64,000 nt of DNA, taken from Candidatus Poribacteria bacterium (GTDB lineage: Bacteria; Poribacteria; WGA-4E; PCPOR2b). This document shows positions 62,561 to 64,000 of the stretch, piece after piece (position 1 is the first letter of the stretch; every line of letters begins with the position of its first letter). The stretch is from assembly GCA_965198175.1 (NCBI GenBank), contig OZ240245.1, positions 3,904,001 through 3,968,000 on the forward strand, given 5' to 3'. The notes beneath the pieces were generated by a model, which did not search any database, was not told where the DNA came from, and was given only the letters and a program-made list of their open reading frames with translations. Made by a program: the position numbers and the translations under genes.

Positions 62561-63526
62561 TTACATCTCAACCTGCGCGCCGGTATTGTTCGCTTGTGTA
62601 ATGAAGCACGTTCCACCGGCTGGCAAGGTTTCGAGAAACCTTTGGGTTTTTTCCTGCAATTCGCGTAGGCTTTCTCCAACAGCAAAAATCGCAGGACCCC
62701 AACTGCTAACGCCGGCGCCAATCGCGCCGTTATCCCATAAGAAATTCAGCGTCTGTTGCACCACACCGCCTTGAGCGACAATCTCAACTTGCTTCCATCC
62801 AAACCCTTGGATGCAGTTGATAGCTTCCCCGAACGCAGCCAGACCTTTTTCGAAGATTGCCGGTAGGAGTTTGAGCAGGATGAGATGGGAAAGTTGTTCA
62901 GCGCTTGATCGGGGTTGAGGACATAGGTTCTGAAAGAGATTAATCTCTGTTTGCCCCGCTATCCGGGCGCAATTTGGAATGGCGATGAGCACATCCCAGT
63001 CGGGGAAGGGGTGGCGCAGCAGCGTGGGAGGCGGTGGTACGTTTCCCGCTGCGGAGGAGGGCAGAAATGAGGGTTTCTGATCGGGAAAGGAATGTCCGCC
63101 ATCTAGGATGAATCCGCCGCCTTCAAATGCCGCGATGCCTATTCCTGATGTGCCGCCGCGCCCTACGGCTCGCGCCAAATCCGTCACACTTAAATTAAGG
63201 TCAAAAAGGACATTCACCGCCTGAGCAATCCCTAAAGCGAGTTGCGTACCAGAACCAAATCCGCAGTGATTGGGGATTTCAGATTGGAGTTTGAGATTGA
63301 CCCCCGCTACTCCATATTTCACTTGCAGGCGTTCAAGAATACCTCGGGCACGTTCTTGATAATGAACGGATTCAACTTGAATCTGATTCGAAGGTTCTGC
63401 AACAATCTGAAAATGCGGCTCGTGTATTGCGAGACCGATGCTTCCATCAATCCTACCCAATGCACCGTTGAGATCTATAAGTGCAAAGTGAAGTCGGGCT
63501 GGTGTTGTGATTGTTACTCGGCGCAT
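62561..63526 (-). CDS. Beta-ribofuranosylaminobenzene 5'-phosphate (beta-RFAP) synthase family, GHMP fold
   Basis: PARLH..LIDLNG, HCGFGSGTQ, GRGGTSGIG, GGFILDGGH and SSWGP. Confidence 0.85.
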   Translation of the reverse strand: MRRVTITTPARLHFALIDLNGALGRIDGSIGLAIHEPHFQIVAEPSNQIQVESVHYQERARGILERLQVKYGVAGVNLKLQSEIPNHCGFGSGTQLALGIAQAVNVLFDLNLSVTDLARAVGRGGTSGIGIAAFEGGGFILDGGHSFPDQKPSFLPSSAAGNVPPPPTLLRHPFPDWDVLIAIPNCARIAGQTEINLFQNLCPQPRSSAEQLSHLILLKLLPAIFEKGLAAFGEAINCIQGFGWKQVEIVAQGGVVQQTLNFLWDNGAIGAGVSSWGPAIFAVGESLRELQEKTQRFLETLPAGGTCFITQANNTGAQVEM

Positions 63527-63700
63527 ACTAGGTGTACCGATTCGTGATGGGTAATCGGAGAATCCTCCCCCTTGCCAAGCTTACTATTAACCACAAGTCT
63601 GCAAAGTCGCGCGGGGCGTGCACCCACATGAGTTAAAGACAGTCTAAACATGCCGCTCCAGCGGAGCGGCATTTGGACGCGCGCGATAAAATGAACGCTT

Positions 63701-63732
63701 GTAGGGGCACCCCTCGTGGGTGCCCGCCCTAC
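63701..63732. repeat. GTAG-type REP hairpin
   Basis: GTAGGGGCACCCCTCGTGGGTGCCCGCCCTAC between co-oriented genes. Confidence 0.65.
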
Positions 63733-63750
63733 TAATACAGTAATTGCTGA

Positions 63751-64000
63751 TTAGGCACGTCTTTCATCCTGTTCGATTAAGCCGTCGCGAATGTAGAGGA
63801 TTCGCTGCGCATGGGCAGCAAGATCTGCCTCGTGCGTCACCATGATAATTGTGTTGCCGCCATTGTTCAACCGCTCGAAGATTGCCATAAGCTCTTCACT
63901 CGATTTCGAGTCCAAATTTCCCGTTGGCTCATCTGCGAAGGTAATTGATGGGTTATTCACGAGCGCACGCGCAATCGCAACGCGCTGAATCTGTCCACCG
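63751..64000 (-). CDS. ABC transporter ATP-binding protein (LolD/MacB-like), 3' part only
   Basis: [18 protein letters not shown] and MVTHE; runs off the window edge. Confidence 0.9.
   Translation of the reverse strand, partial: GGQIQRVAIARALVNNPSITFADEPTGNLDSKSSEELMAIFERLNNGGNTIIMVTHEADLAAHAQRILYIRDGLIEQDERRA

Noticed and set aside
137..63547. Numerous short antisense or overlapping ORFs in the six-frame track
   Set aside because: They are shadows of longer motif-bearing genes and have no recognisable domains.

Overview
Bacterial chromosomal window. The source is probably Candidatus Poribacteria, inferred from TolB-like proteins with a C-terminal 'WGxxK' motif and abundant GTAG-type intergenic repeats. 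There are four blocks. (1) 1-22.8 kb is an all-minus-strand defence island: frameshifted FRG gene, an unknown ORF, a type IIG-like N6-methyltransferase, an AlbA-ParA-ABC-ATPase trio, MazEF and a four-gene Druantia-like operon ending in a ~1810-aa DEAH/DUF1998 helicase. (2) 23-44.5 kb holds metabolic and envelope genes: an ElbD-like reductase-adenylation-ACP-acyltransferase with a HAD phosphatase, folB, SurA/PpiD, a Zn-dehydrogenase plus LarA-like protein, a CRTAC1-like protein, ino1 and TolB-like propellers. (3) 45-53.2 kb is a decaying accessory islet next to tRNA-Asn: IS701, hsdS, frameshifted hsdM, MNT-HEPN and duplicated DUF1761 genes. It also carries three tandem GxxExxY cassettes, each bounded by 17-bp inverted repeats and ~9-bp periodic repeats; the interior of one is replaced by cargo. 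(4) 53.4-64 kb holds core genes: mutL, rfbB, MoxR-DUF58-VWA, ATP-grasp, beta-RFAP synthase and a partial ABC ATPase. The best candidate for an undescribed system is the inverted-repeat-bounded GxxExxY cassette. All family calls come from motif recognition, not database searches.
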